A stretch of 64,000 nt of DNA, taken from Selaginella moellendorffii. Taxonomy: Eukaryota > Plantae > Lycopodiophyta. The stretch's first letter is position 1; each line of letters starts with the position of its first letter. The notes under the pieces are model-generated. The model ran no database searches, was not told the DNA's origin, and saw nothing but the letters and a program-made list of their open reading frames with translations. The stretch lies in the NCBI RefSeq assembly GCF_000143415.4, contig NW_003314306.1, forward strand, positions 776,897-840,896, given 5' to 3'. Made by a program: the position numbers and the translations under genes. Of this stretch, positions 62,301-64,000 are shown piece after piece.

Positions 62301-64000
62301 GCTCTATTTCGTTAAAGTGGGAATTGTCATTATCCCACTTGTAAAATAAGGTTTCCAAACCTTTATATAGTATATAAATATAACAAAATTCAACTGCATT
62401 GAGGCACATGCCATTTTATTTTAAACAAGGAAATGTCTACTTAATCACTTCTCCTCCCCCTGCCACTGCTTCACCTCTCTCTTTTCCTTGTCATTGTCAT
62501 CCAATTTCTTTCCATCTTTTTAATATTGGCTCAGTTGCTCTGAGTCTAGGTGGAGCCCAAGTCCTCATTCAATCTTTACTTTCCCCTTATTAATAAAACA
62601 ACTTCGTAGACTTCCAATAACATGTTGTAACACTTCTAGTATAATGCAAATCCTCTCAAAGAATTATCTTTTAATATTAATACAATGGCATGGAACCCCA
62701 TGCCATAATAAGTTACATTTTAAAATAAATATATGCCATCTCAGACTGTTATTTTTTGCCTCCAACGCCTATACAATAATCTTGGAATTTCATCACTCTC
62801 CACACTATCAGGATTTAAACCCAATAGTAATGCCATCTCTTCTCTAATATGTCCACGCTCATGTTCAGTGGTCGAAGAACCCATCCGGTTGAGCAGATTA
62901 TGGAGATGCGGATAGTGCTTGGCTAGACAATATACATGCCATAAATGATGACTGGTGTCTGTCCGATCAAATGGCTTCTGATATACCGTTCCATCTGCCA
63001 TTTGGTTGATTTCTGCAGCCACCTCCTGGACTGGCCGGTTCTCTATCACCATCGCTCCAAGCTGTTTTGCAAGGTCCCCCAGAACATATGGTTTCTTCTC
63101 CCTAGTTTCCATACTGCAAGAGATGGGGTGCACTGCATATGTGTGCGTGTTCGCTGCAGTTTTAATCGGCGAGTCATCGATGATGAGGATTTCACTTGAC
63201 CTAACAGTCCGGTTCATCACTACAGCCTCTGGCTTGACGAAGATGGGCTTGCTACCCCTCACATGGACCATAGTCAAGCAATCCTCCTGCGTTAGGAGAA
63301 AGTCAAATGGTAATATTACTCGCGTCTGATCATGCATCATCTGTAGTAACGTTAATGCATTGTGGCGCATCATGGATGTCCAAACTCCCAATTGCAAATT
63401 GAACCCGGCCCTCTGTTTTAAGTGTCGCATGGTCATTATTAGATCCCACAGTTTCTCCCGTGTGATTAATGTGAATCTGTCTCTTTTGACCAACTTGCGA
63501 CCGCAGGCTTTGGAGGGTGCAGTGACATTCGAGGACGAGCCACGCTCATGGGAGAAAAGGACACCGTTTAGATAAAAAATGATACAGTACCTTCGCCGTG
63601 ACTTTGAAATGAAATGCGTCAGCATAAAAAATGGTACAAGTCAACTTTACCATCTACAATATTAGCGAATGGTGCTCCCGATGGTCGTTGAGAGGGTTTT
63701 GGTCGAGGAAACGTGAAGGGCGGAAATACTCTCCTCTGCAATATGGGGTAAATCGCATCCGATGGCATGTGGGCACATGCCATTTCAGCTGTAGACTCTA
63801 GTACAACTGGCTCAACAGTGGCATGGGGTGGTTCCAATGGCGTGTGATCACACTCCATTTCAGCTGGTGCCTCCGTTGGTAAAGTGGACATGACCGAACA
63901 GGCAGCAAGGGCGGTGTAGGGAGGTTCCAACGGCGCGTAGTCAGACGATTGGGCACATGTTGAGTCCGTTGGAAATGAGGATACGACCGGCTCGGCGGCT
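62301..64000 (-). mobile_element. TIR DNA transposon copy B (inverted relative to copy A); runs off the right edge
   Basis: Begins GCTCTATTTCGTTAAAGTGGGA inside the gypsy RT and is the reverse complement of ~385-2084. Confidence 0.85.
62741..64000 (-). CDS. FCP1/HAD-like cargo gene of copy B; last exon open, intron acceptor apparently mutated (AG to AA)
   Basis: 294-aa open frame with IIFYLNGVL, LGVWTS and ILIIDDSPIK. Confidence 0.55.

Noticed and set aside
1-64000. CRISPR arrays or prokaryotic operons
   Set aside because: The DNA is eukaryotic and intron-rich, and no repeat-spacer array was seen.

Overview
This is eukaryotic plant DNA, most consistent with the lycophyte Selaginella. That is an inference from the many ~45-80 bp introns, very short intergenic spacers, telo-boxes, SS-rich and DYW PPR genes and an alpha-tubulin acetyltransferase. 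A gene-dense core (~14.5-52 kb) holds a Ser-rich orphan gene, ABCE1, a class I TCP, a MAK/MHK-like kinase, three PLS PPR genes, a LOV/LOV protein, an AWPM-19 protein, a UMAMIT/WAT1-like transporter, alphaTAT1, tRNA-iMet, a CCAR1/EMB1579 homologue and an LRR receptor-like protein. Both sides of the core are nested, decayed transposons: gypsy, copia, PIF/Harbinger, a Cassandra TRIM, and two inverted copies of a TIR element carrying an FCP1/HAD-like gene, plus a MITE with the same termini. Four observations stand out. (1) A kinase-less LRR receptor has an ectodomain and island domain that look BRI1/BRL-like. (2) Two introns appear to have arisen from a coding tandem repeat. (3) The TIR transposon family has an apparent 8-bp TSD and a phosphatase-like cargo. 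(4) Scrambled mini-copies of neighbouring genes recur across the window. All homology calls come from motif recall; no database searches were run.
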